Below, piece by piece: positions 24,531 to 37,385 of a stretch of 64,000 nucleotides of DNA. The DNA is from Vicugna vicugna (taxonomy: Eukaryota): positions 7,270,066 to 7,334,065 of the forward strand of contig MU058213.1 of assembly GCA_013265495.1 (NCBI GenBank), read 5' to 3'. The notes beneath the pieces are model-generated. The model saw nothing but the letters and a program-made list of their open reading frames with translations. It was not told the DNA's origin and made no database searches. The translations under genes and the position numbers were made by a program. How positions within the stretch are numbered: position 1 is the stretch's first letter; each line of letters opens with the position of its first letter.

Positions 24531-27500
24531 CCGCTCTTTCTTCCGAAGTCAGCAGTACTCGGCAAGGGCTGCTACCGAAGCTGAGGGAACGAGCAGAGGA
24601 ATGAAGAGGGGAGGGTCATCATATTCCTTTCAGAGACAGACATGGAGTCCGGCGGCTTTATTTCTAATGCACAGGCGTAACATGAGAGGTAACATTAAGC
24701 AGGGACAACGCATGATGGAAAGAAGCCACTGTGGATTAAGTCGGCCACCCACTTTCCAGGTAGAGCCCACAGCAAGGCTGGCACCTTGGAGAGGTAGTGA
24801 GCAGAGGAAGTGGGAGAGAGGCTTCTAAAAGCGGTGTGGTGAAGCACGGAAAGGGCCCAGCTGCGGGGGTAGGAGGCTTCTAAACGACTGGCTAACCAGT
24901 GACATTTACCGGTCACCTGGGAAGCTCCGCAACCATCTTTCTCCAGGGCTCCGCCTCCCCCACAGGGAAGAGCGCAGACACTCCCTGTCTTGCGTGTAGA
25001 GTTGCACTACGTAATCTTCCAGATCCGGTCCTCCTATATGCCTCTGCGATTTGATGAGAATGAGTTGATCTGCCATTTCCCCAACAGCTGGGACATCTTT
25101 TGATGGTCAAACCCAGCAGGTGGCACCTAGTAGGGAAAAGTAGTCATCGTATGCGGAAGAGAAGCCCACCTCACAACCAGTTTGTCTGTTTCCGTCGCAC
25201 TTTGGTTTAGAAAAGGAAATGTTCTCCTCAAGGTCCGGAGTGAAAGTTCTGGCAGAGCACCCACTGGAGCTAGGACATTCTGTTTCTACATACCTGCCCC
25301 CTCCCTTCTGTTTGCTACTATCAATCAAAGAGAATTCCTTTCAAAACCACATCCTGCCACATAGAAGAGACAGGGCAACACGAGACTAACATGGTGTGGA
25401 TGGAAAAATAATGTTTTTTTTTCCCTTCAGGGTAAACAATTTCAGTCGCATGTGCTGGGACAGAATCAGGTTGTTTTTATTTTTCTGTCTCTCTTTGAAG
25501 GCCACTGACAGGTGTGCTTTTGCTTTAAATCCGTAGAGGCAAAGCCCACGGCAGGCAGCATCAGAAATTCAAATCCGTTTCCCATGGTTCTTTGTTTTCC
25601 AGAACAAAACTTTCTCCATCAGTGAAGCATTTTCGACCTCAAACTACACGGTTCCCAGCTACAACTGTTTAAGCGCTTATACGTCAAGGGTCAAGTCCAA
25701 GGCCATGTCAGGGACCATTAGGACACAGAAAAGTAACTTCTGAGGCAAGGGCTGGTGATAACACAAAAGTGTATTCAGTAAACAAGAGCCTTCCCCGTGA
25801 GGTGTTGGGGTGGCTGGAGTCAGTCCAGTGCTGCAGGAAAATCAACCTAACCAGTCACCTTGACCCGCCCTGGTTCTGCCTTCCCTGTTATTCAAAGGGA
25901 CTCAAAGTAGTCACTGAAAGTAAGCCCAAAATTGGAACTCAAAAAAAAAAAAAATAAGGCTTAGAGAAAAATTGTTTGAACAAGTGTTCAGACTTTGAAA
26001 TTGAAATTCTGGATGCGACAGAATCTTTTTAGGTGCATAACCTTGGTACGCTTGTCTGAAAAGAATCAGTAACACCTCAAACACATCCACCAGTAAACAG
26101 AAGGATGGCTAGCACGTGTGAGGAATTAGTATTCATTTTAAACATCCTTTAAAATCCATCACAAGAATAAGCTTGGCTGGTCCTTCCCCTGCCCCACCCT
26201 CTAAAGTGAACAAACAGTATTTCTATTGAAGACAATTTCCTGTTCTTGGAATCAGCTTTTTGAGTTGTCAATCAGACAAGAAGAGCTGATTAATTTATCA
26301 TAGAATTGACCATTGTTGGTGTCAAGGCAGGTAACTTGACCAGAGAAAGCACACAGTCCATTCCAAAATGTTTCTTGAGAGTGAAGGATTCTGTCTGTGG
26401 AGCTGAACAGTGCTCAAGAGGTGCATTTTATTGCCCAGTGAGACAGCACAGTGCGTTTTCAAGCAAATTTATTATTTTCCTTTCTGTCCTCACTTCCTTT
26501 CTTTCTTGACTTTCTGGACATTACTAATTCATTTCAAAGAATGCTTTCTTGGGGCATCATTTTACAAATATTCTTTGAGAACCTATACCGAAGTTCAGGG
26601 CACTTTGTAAAAACATAATGTCATCAATAAGGCAGGGAGTTCTCAGGCATAGGGAGAGCAGTGTTTTAAAAAGATCTGTGTAACTTTCATACGGTGTCAC
26701 TCCAGGGGCTTTCCTTAAAGGGACCTTAAGGAAGAGATTAAAACGGAGAAAAACCGAACTTTGAAAGTGCTGATCAGGCTGCCTTCTGTCTAACCTATGT
26801 CAGGGGGTCAAAGAGCCCCTCAGCCCCACTGGACACCACGATGTCTCACTCCTCTCCTAACCTGACAAATAGCTGTGACTTCTCCATCCCTGCTGACTTT
26901 GCCACGCCCACGTTTTATTCAACTACAATCGAAAGAAGAAGAGTAAGAAAGGACGATAAGGGAGAAAGCTGAAAACCCCGAGGGTCAACGGACTTGCTTC
27001 CTGAACTCACGATGTACTTCAGTATTCTAGGAATTTAAGTTCATATTGTCATTTGAATTAATGTTTGGTGGGTCTGTTGAGAGAGTAATTGCTAAACTGG
27101 GAGGGATTAGTCACAAAGACTTTTAACGATGGGTATAAACGGCCCGTGGGCCAAGGGTTTGCGACTGCGAGTGGCAGACCTAAGAACGGTTTCCACAGGA
27201 CTGCTGCGGCTCACTTGACACCAGTGTGGCTACCTTTCCCCATCTGCAGCAAGTCAAAGCAAGTCAAACAACCCCTAGGAGAAAGGCACAGGGACAAGAA
27301 GACGGGGAGCATTTCATAAGCCTTATAACAATGAACTGGTAAGATAGCCCATTTTATACCCCCAAACACACCAAGCTACAAAACAGGGTAAAGCATGGGT
27401 AGTCTCCAAAGGAGAAGACTTCAAGGCTACAACTCATATGCCCATCAAATCCCCTAGTGTGCCCTTGCCTCGAACCCCGGGCTGAGGAGCTGAGGTTTGC

Positions 27501-30500
27501 CCAGCCTGGAACCAGGGATGCTGCACTGTCTGCAGTCAAAGCCCTGAGCTGCCCCATGAACACACTCTGCTCTTCCTCTTCAGTGATTTCTGAACTGGTG
27601 GCTGAAGTCAGAAATTCTCCCGTGATCACTATCAGACCATGACAATGAACTTCACCATTCCTGGTCCCCTTGGGCAGGAGTTTCCCTATTCTTTTCCCTC
27701 CGTTCAGCCTCTCACACTCACTGCTTACTGTTTGGTTTTCTTAGGGGAGTAGGAATTCTGACATAGTCGAACACGTCTACGATCGGGGAGAGGTGCTCTG
27801 GGTCCTGGACACATCCTGTACGTGTGGAGATGCTTCTGGGCTGTGGCAGAGGATGGTCTTTGACCGTCCTTTGTCTTTATTGTGGCCGTTATCTGCCGTA
27901 TTAATTTTCTGGAAGAAGAAAATGAGTGGCCAATATTTTCTTCCAGCCAAATCCCTGGGACCAGCGGCTCCCCCAAAGGGGGGATGGGTCTCCAAAGCCG
28001 TGATGTCATTGCCACAAATGATGCTAAACTCCTTTTGCACCTGCTCCCAGTGCCGGTGAGATGAGATACGAGAGACAAGTTTGCCACTCTCTAGGCACTT
28101 TTTTTTTTTTATTAAAAGAAAACAGCCTTGCCTGGTTTCTTCTCTATTCATCCCATTAATTATTGACTGTTTTCAAAAACCAGATTCATCTTTGCGGGAG
28201 AACAATGGCCACGATGGGGAACATGGAAACTTTGCTAACGGAGGTGAAAGCAGTTCCAGGAGAGGAATCACATCTTAGTTTCCGGCTGTGACGGAGTCTT
28301 TGGCAAAGACATTTCACTCCGCGGTTGACTGCTTTGAAGGGGCAACGTTCACGTGGAAGCACACCTTCTAATACATTTGTTAGAATAAAATCAGCCTCAT
28401 CACCTAATAATGAAAATGACTTTGGGAGGAACCTCTGAGCCTCCTGTTTCACTCTCCTTACACCACTGTTCGGTTAGCGTGGGGTGGAAATTCTGATTGC
28501 ATGACCCATCCCTGCTGCATTAAAACATGCATTCTGATGTCATGCTCTGAAATAAACTAAGCTGTTTGCGACAACTACCTACACACAAATGAGAAAATTA
28601 CATGACAAGGGGCCTGAGACAGCCTGCCGCTGGGACACAGGTTATTACTGCCAGCCGTCGTCGGCATGGTTTCTGGTTTCGCAGTAAAAGAAGACGACTT
28701 GAAAGGACTCAGTGGTTTTTCTGCTCTTCTGAAATGAAAACATTCAGTGAGCGCATAGCATTGGGTTGTCATTAATGTCAGTCATGCGAAAACACTGTCT
28801 CCACGAACACTGCAGTCACTCCCCGCTCCAGACCATGACTTTCCACTCTCTGGCATTTCGGGCACTGGGCTGGTCCTTTTCCAAAAGAGGATCTTTGGGC
28901 AATCCGTTCTAGGGACTCAAACAAATACAGCACTCTTAAATGAACAGGTGGCCTGAATTTGGCTACAGTTAGCCCATAATTTCCACGAGAGAACGTGTTC
29001 CTTTCTGAGAAATATTGCAAATAAGGAAATCCTCAAATCTTGGAGGGCAAGAAGTATATAAATACTATAATTATACTTAAAGGTACCCAGGGTTGATTCA
29101 AAATAATGTAGTGGATAAAAATACACAAAATAATATAGTGGATTTAAAAAGTAGCTTTACATTGCTCCTGCGAACGTTCTTCATGAAGTTCAGTGTCTTA
29201 CTGCTGAAAACAGAAAAGACTCTGGCTTTCTTGATATATCTGAGGAGTGAGGAATTAAGCATGTTGTGTTGGGTGGAATTAAAAGTCCATTAAAAAAGTT
29301 GCCTTTTTTTTTTCCTCTATACAATCAAGTAGGGCACAAGAGAGAAGAAAATAAAGCTTTTTTCTTAGGTTGGGAGTGTTAGGAAGTGGTATTCATGATC
29401 ATATCTATTTTGCTTTTGTTATTTTCCTCCCCTCATGGGTTGCCCATGAATTAATTTAAGAAACAAGCAAAGCATCAGGGGAACAGGCTAAATATAAAAC
29501 AGTATATGCTATATTCTTTGCTTTCAAAACTCTAAGAGCGAGCTACTGAACTTTGGATAAGAAAAAATTTCATAATTCCCCAGGATATCACATATGTGTC
29601 ATACTTGCTAAAGTGGTAGTATCCTGTTTTTAATATCACTTTTTTTTTTTTATTGCAAAGAGTTTTAAACAGCCAAGGTGAATTTTCACCAAGAGATTGC
29701 CTGTGTGGTGGGGGTGGGACATCTGGTGATACTTTTATGGTAACTTCTTTTATTGCACTCATTTTCTCTGCTTTCAAATTATAAATTGAAACTACAATGT
29801 CACTCTCCGTCCTCCGCACCTCCTTTCTAATCTACAAAGGAAACAAACATTTATATTTTATTATTTGTATTGAGAAACAGCCACAAATGGGACCCCAGAG
29901 TTTTTTAAGTTTTGCTTTGTAAGTGTCTGATTTTCTTAAAGCCTTCGATGGAATCACAAGGACAACGTAGCTCATTTCATAAAACAAAACATAAGTGATA
30001 TTTGAAAACTAAGTGGGCAAAGAATGTAACTGTTTATATTTGAGCTGCTTTTGCCCTGGTAAAAAGTACAGAACACATGAGGCTTGAAATCTGGATGGGC
30101 ATTTTAACGTTTTAAAACTCACAACACAGTCATTTCAAAGAATAATGTTTAAAGCCGAAGAATTTATAATCTTTGTATCAACGGTTTCCTCCATCAGTGC
30201 TCACCAAAAAGACATTAAAATATTTGTTCTACTGTAGAATCATATCTGGAAAATATCAATAGAAGTGCCATTAGTTATCCATCCATCTGATTTGGACATT
30301 AAAAAGATTGAAGTGCATAGTAAGCTTTCACTGGAAAAGAATGAATTTTTTTCATGTTGTTTGTTTTCCTCAAGGACAGTCAGAAAAAGATGTAAATGAA
30401 GGTACATATTATCATGTAAACGGTGACTTTCAAAAGAGATGAAGAAGGAATCTCAATTAAGCCACCTTAATTCTGAAATAATAACAGTTCAAGCTATGAA

Positions 30501-32029
30501 CGGCTGAATTCACACCTCAAAATTACACCCAATATACTGGCTTACAAAAATAAGTTTTCAATCGTGTGAAATCCTTACCACACTTACAGAAAACAAAAGA
30601 AGCACTTGGCAGAAACATGCTGGTTTTGCTACTCTTTTTGCTCACTTAGTTTGGGCAGAAGATTCGCTGTGTGGACCATGTGTTTCTCATCACACTCAAC
30701 CAACACCTATAGAAGAAGTCAAGACAGAGACGAATTCAGTCGCATCTGTTCACCTTTCAGACTTCTGCAAGGAGATGTCTCAGGAGTCCGTAAGTGGCAT
30801 CACTTAAGTGCTAACTACAGCTGTACAAGGAATACGCAGTGCATGACCACAGCCACGCAGAAGAGATCCGTGCACATTTATTTTTTCAGCATCTGGAAAT
30901 TACTGGTAAGAGTGATTCAGTTCCCTTGCTTGTTGTCTTGATAACCTCTTAACTTTTAAGCAAAAGGAAACGCATACTGCACAACAGCTTTACCACTCTG
31001 ACCTCGATAGGGAGTAAGATGACAGACGCCGAGGAAGCAGAAGCCGGTCACTTACACCCGGAAGTGATTTTGATGCTTTGGCTCGTTCTGACCTCCGCTC
31101 AGTTCCCGCAGCTTGGTCAGCAGATGTGGTGGCTTACCTAAAACGTGCTGTTTCTAAGGCTGAAGATACTGAGGGTAGTTTGGGTGTATGAAGACTCCTC
31201 TTTGTTCCCTTTTCATTAACAATCTCAAATATAGTCCGTTCACACTAATCGGCCTCAGGAAGGGAAGTTAGAAAACCTCGAGGAAATCCTCCCACTGCCC
31301 TTGCAGGGATACCTCTCTGGCCCCTTCCCTGTCTGAAACTCCTTCTCTAGGTTAAACTGTAAAGTCTGATTCACCTCTCGTGAATCATAGCTTTTGTTTT
31401 CTTTAGCATGTTCTAAAAAGCTAAACCGAACCTTTCACATCACAGAACTCCAGCCCTGTAAATACCCCTGCGATGACCCCACCCAGCCTGTGACTTCAGC
31501 CAAGGCACCTGGCGCTTGGAGAGGTAAAATAATTGTCCTGAGGTGACCAACCTAGGGGGAGACCACGGAGACATTCTCACCCACATCAGCTCCCTCTCCT
31601 GCCATCTTTTCAACTAGGTTTGCCCCCACCTCCCCATTTCACACGTGAGAAAACAGAACCAGAATCGACAAAAATTGCTCCCTTGGGAGGAGTGAGCAGG
31701 TTAGTTTCTCAGAGGGGTGGCTAGTTGACATCTTCGCAGCCGCAGGGGCCCTGACCTTGGTGACACAAAACACAGCACGGCCCACGGCTCATAGCAGTGG
31801 TGGTGGGGAAAGGCAGGGAGATTTGGCATCACAGGCAGAACACTGGGCAGCTGGGGGTGGAGAGGGTCATCAGGGAGGGAAGGTTCTGGCAGATTGGGAA
31901 GATGATGGTGGTGCCAAAGAGGAAGAAGATATTGAAATAAAACTGTGTCCACTTGGCATTCTTCCCCAGTCTCAGTCCTGGCCACAGTGCACTGCAGACA
32001 TATCTAGAGACATAGAAACTTAACCTGCC

Positions 32030-32308
32030 TTTTAAAGTCTCCCTCAATATATGTCCTAGGGTCCACAGGAAATAAAAAAACCAGAGGCACCCCTGGCCTT
32101 CTACCCGCAAGTCATCTGCTATTGTAATACTTGGATTCATTCTTCATTCTTTATCACTCCCTGGAACGCTATGTAATTATCAGCTGTCTCCACACAGTGA
32201 GAATGGAAGGTATATAGCACAGGGATCAGTCTTTGCTCCTCATCTGATATCCTCAGCGCCTAGCTCAGTGCCTGACACACAGCAGGTGCTCCAAAGGCAT
32301 GAATAAAT
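32030..32308 (+). mobile_element. L2 3' end
   Basis: tatcctcagcgcctagctcagtgcctgacacacagcaggtgctccaaaggcatgaataaat. Confidence 0.65.
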
Positions 32309-32709
32309 TAGGGAATCCTATCACGTGCTTCTAGCAAGTAATCTCTGTCACCCCAGAGGGAACAAAAGGGTTGTTAGCACTACCCGAGACAGCCCTAGGC
32401 ATTTCCTCAGAACCAAAACAAATGAATGGATTCTCAATTTATCATAAAGTGCAACAAACACAAATTGCTTAGGACAAGCATTCTTTTCTGAACTCCATTT
32501 ACTAGAACCTGCAACCCAAAGATGCCAAAGGAATTCATAGGAATGGGGGAAAAAAAGGCAGGGGCTGGGGGCGGAGGCAAGGGGACTCTCATGAATGAGA
32601 AATGCAGTGATACTCTTCTGACACAGAGGGCTGGTCCCCAAGTGCTCAGCACATGGGTGCCCTGGGTAGGCTGTTAGATGTCAAAAGTAGCTTTAGAGAT
32701 AGAGATAGA

Positions 32710-32905
32710 GAGCTGAGCCGGCCACTCAACAGCTCAGTGATCGCAGGCAAGTTGTTTGGCTTCTCTGATCCTCTGTTTGGTAATTCGCACCACAGAGATA
32801 AGAGTAACTATTTCACAGGGTTGTCAGGAGGCTCAGCGCAAGAAGACAGCTGAGCAACTTGCAACGTGCCTGACACACAATGGTAGCCCTATTACTATTA
32901 TTATC
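32710..32905 (+). mobile_element. MIR SINE
   Basis: gccactcaacagctcagtgatcgcaggcaagttg...tcacagggttgtcaggagg...gtgcctgacacacaatggtagccctattactattatt. Confidence 0.65.
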
Positions 32906-35761
32906 TGAGCTATTGGTGTTTTTATCTGATCTCAGATAATACTCAATAATCAAAGTTAATCTCCATCTGCTTTTCTGAACCAGGCATTACTGCTTTATCC
33001 TGGGATTACTATAAGGTCGAGGTGGCAAGTGGGTTTCAGCTCATTGTCCAAGTCAGATGGATTTCTAATGGATGCTTGGGATGTTGGCTGAGGTGCCCTG
33101 TGCTGTGGTGGATGGCAATGTCTGCCAAGGGTGTGGGGCCAGGCTCGCTGGTTCTAATATTAGAATCGGCAAGCCGCTGCCAGTGTCACAGAGACTAAGA
33201 GCTATGTTAATATCACACAACAAAGCATAAGAAATGGAAAGGACAGGCCAAGAGTCGGTGGTCTGGGTTCTAGTCCTGGCTCTGTAACTAACTGGCTAAA
33301 TGTCCTAGTGACTTCTCCATAAAGTCCCTTCCTACTCAGATCCTGTGATTTGCCAATATTGGTTTTAAAAATGTAAGTGAAAAATATATAGGGCAGGGCC
33401 TGGCCTACAGGAAGTCCTTGACAGTTACTTGTTGAGATCATTTGAAAGAAAAATAAAAGGCCAAGGCTCTCATTTAGAAGTGCAACAGTTAAATATTTTC
33501 TGTCCTCATTCAAGAAGTTTGACTCTTCCTACCAGTGAGGAATATATTTGAAAGGAGAAAAAAAAAATACAATATTTTTGGCACTAAAAAAAAGAAAGAT
33601 CAGCTAATGCTTATGGATGCTCCAAGAAAGACAAGGCTGTTGAGAATATGGCAGCTCTTTAATAACCAAGGCACCATTTAAAAATAGCTAGAATTAATTA
33701 CAGAGCTAATGACCCATTGAAAGGCTTATTTAAATACCAAAGCCGGCATTGAACAATCATGGAAAATATGGTTTAAAAGGGTTTTAGAGAGCAGAAACCA
33801 GGAACAGCGATTGAAACAATCAACACATTATATCCCAGAACACTAGCTATTTTGGTGAGAAACATTTAGGATGCGAACATCTCAGGGGAGTTCTCAGACT
33901 GGGTAAGAGAAGCCACTAGGATCAAGAAGAGAAAGACAAGAAGATGACACGCACAGTCACCTGCTTAGCAAAGAAAGGGCTCTATTCAGCATTTACCCCG
34001 AGGGGACAGTCCTTCCCAAACAGCTTGCCTCCATCACTGCCCCCACCCTCTACTTTGCTGACATCCCTACCCATCTTTAATGTGCCATAGGACAAAATGA
34101 AAATCTCCAGAGAGGGAAACACTTTGAATGTGTCTCTGTGGCTACTTTAGAGCTGCATTACCTCCACCAGCTTCCTGTGTCTCTGTCCTCTGTGTCTTGC
34201 ATCCACACCATCATAAGCTAAAGAGATGGTGATAACCTTCTTCAGGATGCCCTACTTGCCAGCAAAAGTGATGCCACTGCACTTCTCAGCATCTCTCTGT
34301 ACCAAAATGGCCTTTCTGCACGTCAGTATCCTGGGAGCACGCTGGGTGGCCAGAGCTGGCAGAGTTTCATTACTTCATTCATGCCCATTTATTAAATGCA
34401 TTACTCTTACCCTTATTTACTACAGCCCAGCCGTCCTTGGAGTTGGCTTGCTAAGTTAAAAGTGCAGTGGAATCAAAAGCTTCCAAAGCCCTTGAGATCT
34501 CAAGGTGGAGATGTGGGGGTGGGAGTGAGGCACCCTTGACGTATATTGGTTTCAAGGAGCAAATATAAATTTTAGTATAAATTGCTGCTCACAATAACGC
34601 TTTTAAACTAGCAATTACTTATACTGTACCACTCGAGGAACCCTGTAATTATTCCGAAAGCGCTTGCCAACGTCTGCCCTGTTTCATAATTGCCAACACA
34701 GCCTTGTTCAAAAGAATTAGTGGCTATGTTTAAATTCTGTTTGGTATTAGGTTACTGCTTGAAACAAGAAGTGATTGCACGATGTTGGGATATTCAAGCA
34801 GAATGGGGCCAGTAAAGGAAAAAGAAATTGTGTTGCATATTCACAGGTGCGAAGAGAAGGGTGGTGATGACTGGCTGGAAACTCACATTGCTTGACGTTT
34901 GTTTCTGCTTCTTTTCTAAGAAATACTGTCATCTGTTGAGCAAAATGACTTTAAGGAAACTTTAAAAAAAATGTTTCAAGTGGTAGTTATTTGAAAGAAG
35001 ACCGATAACCCACTGCTTCATCTGCCCCTCTTCCACCTGCCCAGAAAACATTTTCCCACTTCTGGCCTTTACGTTAAGTGAATCTGGGTGGTGAATGTGG
35101 AACCACAGCTTACACATCTCGAAACACCCATCTGGGGAGGTCACTTGACTTCACTGACCTATTTTTCTGCCATTTCTTTCTGTTCCACAAGTCTCCCCCA
35201 CTGGAAAGGGGGGGGGTCCCTGTACGTTCCAAAGAAACACAGACAACAGAGGGATTTTGTATTCTCTGTAATGAAAGCTGTTAGAGCATCTGGCAACTCG
35301 GGTGAATGTTTGGGGAAAGAATGGGATCCCTCGTGGGTATGTCTCGCCTTTATTTCATGCTCTCTCTTCTTTAGACCCATCTGAGTGTGGATGGGGTGGG
35401 AGGTGCCTTGAGTTCCCTATCCATCCCCGTATGCAATCGATCCTCCAGACTGAAGGTGCTGGGGAGAGCTTCATGGAGAGAAACACGGAGGAAAACTTCT
35501 GAATTTTAACCATTTGTTTTCACCTCTTCCCACGTCCCTTCTCTTTCAATGAGCACATCACACAAAGATAAAGAACTAAAGCGGCCTTCGAAAAACAAGT
35601 TTTGCGTTACTTATCTAAATAGTTCAGGGAAATGTTTTTCCTGCTCTGAGGATCCAGGCCGTCGTCTTAGATCTGTCTACTCTATCCGTGAAGACGTTGC
35701 CACTGACTACAGTCCACTACACTTCTGAGGAGGCGGGGTGGGTGATAGTGGCTGTGGGCCA

Positions 35762-35825
35762 CAAGCCAAATCGCGAACCCACCCGCCACTGGCTGCAAGC
35801 CAAATCACGAACCCACTGGCCACTG
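35762..35825. repeat. 34-bp-period tandem duplication (about 2 copies)
   Basis: caagccaaatcgcgaacccacccgccactggctg / caagccaaatcacgaacccactggccactg. Confidence 0.9.
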
Positions 35826-35981
35826 TTGAGGTCCTCGGTGCCTGGAAGTTCATGGTTTCCCTTCTCTACCTATCATTTTCGGCTCTACTGGAAACTCCAC
35901 ATTTGATTCAAACTTCACTTCCTCCTACAAGCCTTCTAAAATGAAGAAACCTCGCAAATTACAATGGCTGTTTCCCCCCAC

Positions 35982-36065
35982 CATTCATGGATCCAGTGTG
36001 AACTTCCTTATCTTCCTTTTGTGAATACATTGCCTCCCCATCTTTCCTCTAGGAACATTTGTATG
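35982..36065 (-). pseudogene. Disabled counterpart of a human RORalpha2-specific alternative exon (pseudo-/proto-exon)
   Basis: Minus-strand translation YKCS*RKDGEAMYSQKEDKEVHTGSMN-G|gt aligns without gaps to recalled human RORalpha2 VCCSWRQNGKPPYSQKEDKEVQTGYMN-A. TAG at 36051-36049; weak donor ATG|GTGGGG. Confidence 0.8.
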
Positions 36066-37138
36066 TCCACCCTAGTTCAGTGACAAATGACAAGGAAGAG
36101 ATTTATTGGAGCGTATATTTCTGCATTATCTCTAGAGGTGTGAACATCCCCAAATGCTTGAACAGCAGTTTTAAGTACCCCATAAGTACCCTTTTAATCG
36201 CCAACTCCGACTGTCCGATTTAATCCCACTGTCACTGGATATCTTTTTCTCCTTTTGTTCTAAAGAAATTCCTCCTCCTTCTCCTTGCTGGCAGGAATAA
36301 TTTTCTGCTTCCTATATTCCTTCTGTCCAGTACTCTCTGATTCTGTGAAGGCTGAACTTCAAGTTGCCAGGAAAGAATCTGTGTTATTCCTCTATAGTTC
36401 ATATATAAAATTAACTCGCTTTCTTAAGTAAGATCTAAATTGCACACACCTGTCATGGTTCACCGGGAACTAGAGCGTGGGGCTTTTTGGCCCTAGAGGA
36501 GGATGTGTAAGATGTGGTTTGGCCTTCATTTGGAATCAGCAAAAATCACAGGGGTCGTGGTTACATGACAGGAAGGGCCAGGGTAGTGAACGCCAGTGTT
36601 TGGTGAAGTTACTTTGTACTATTATGTAACGAAGCACAAGCTCAGCCTGGCTTGAGTTTAAATCACCAGAGGCAACTGTTACAAACTCTGGGAGGGGAGG
36701 ATAAACAGGAAATTCTGTCCTTGGTCCTCCAGTTGGCCAAGCCCACCATGCACCGGGAGCATGTTCCCCTGGGCTGCAAGAGAAACATCTTGCAAATTGG
36801 AAACAAACAGAAGTCATTTTCTAGACAGTTCTCTCAAAGACTTCAAGGAAGTAAATTCCCCTGACTTCAGAAACCTTTGTGCCCACTATGCGTTTTAGCA
36901 TCCCCAGAGCAAGCAGCAGTCTCAGCTGATGAGAGCCTTACTAAGTAACTTGGGATAGATCGATCTTCTAATTAATAGCTGGAGTTTTGTCTAAACAAGC
37001 ACATCAAAACAAAGCAGGTAGTTATTGTAAATCCTTTCTCACGGAATATTTCTAAAATCATGACAAATTTCTCTTCTTCTTAGACTATTTGGAACATCAT
37101 TTACTCTTTCCTGATGAAGTATCCTTACAAAATTTGTT

Positions 37139-37385
37139 GAAGGGGGAAGGAAGGGATAAACTGGGAGTTTGAGATTTGCAGATACTAATGACTATGTATA
37201 AAATAGATAAACAACAAGTGTATACTGTGTAGCACAGGGAACTATATTCAATATCTTGCAGTAACTTACGGTTAAAAGGAACATGAAAACGAATATATGT
37301 ATGTTCCTATGTGACTGAAGCACTGTGCTGTACACCAGAAACTGACACAACATTGTAAACTGACTACATTTCAATAAAAATATAT
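37139..37385 (+). mobile_element. 5'-truncated camelid/artiodactyl L1 3' UTR
   Basis: aagggataaactgggagtttgagatttgcagatac...gtagcacagggaactatattcaatatcttg...ttcaataaaaa; approximate TSD aaaatttgttg / aaaacttattg. Confidence 0.9.
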
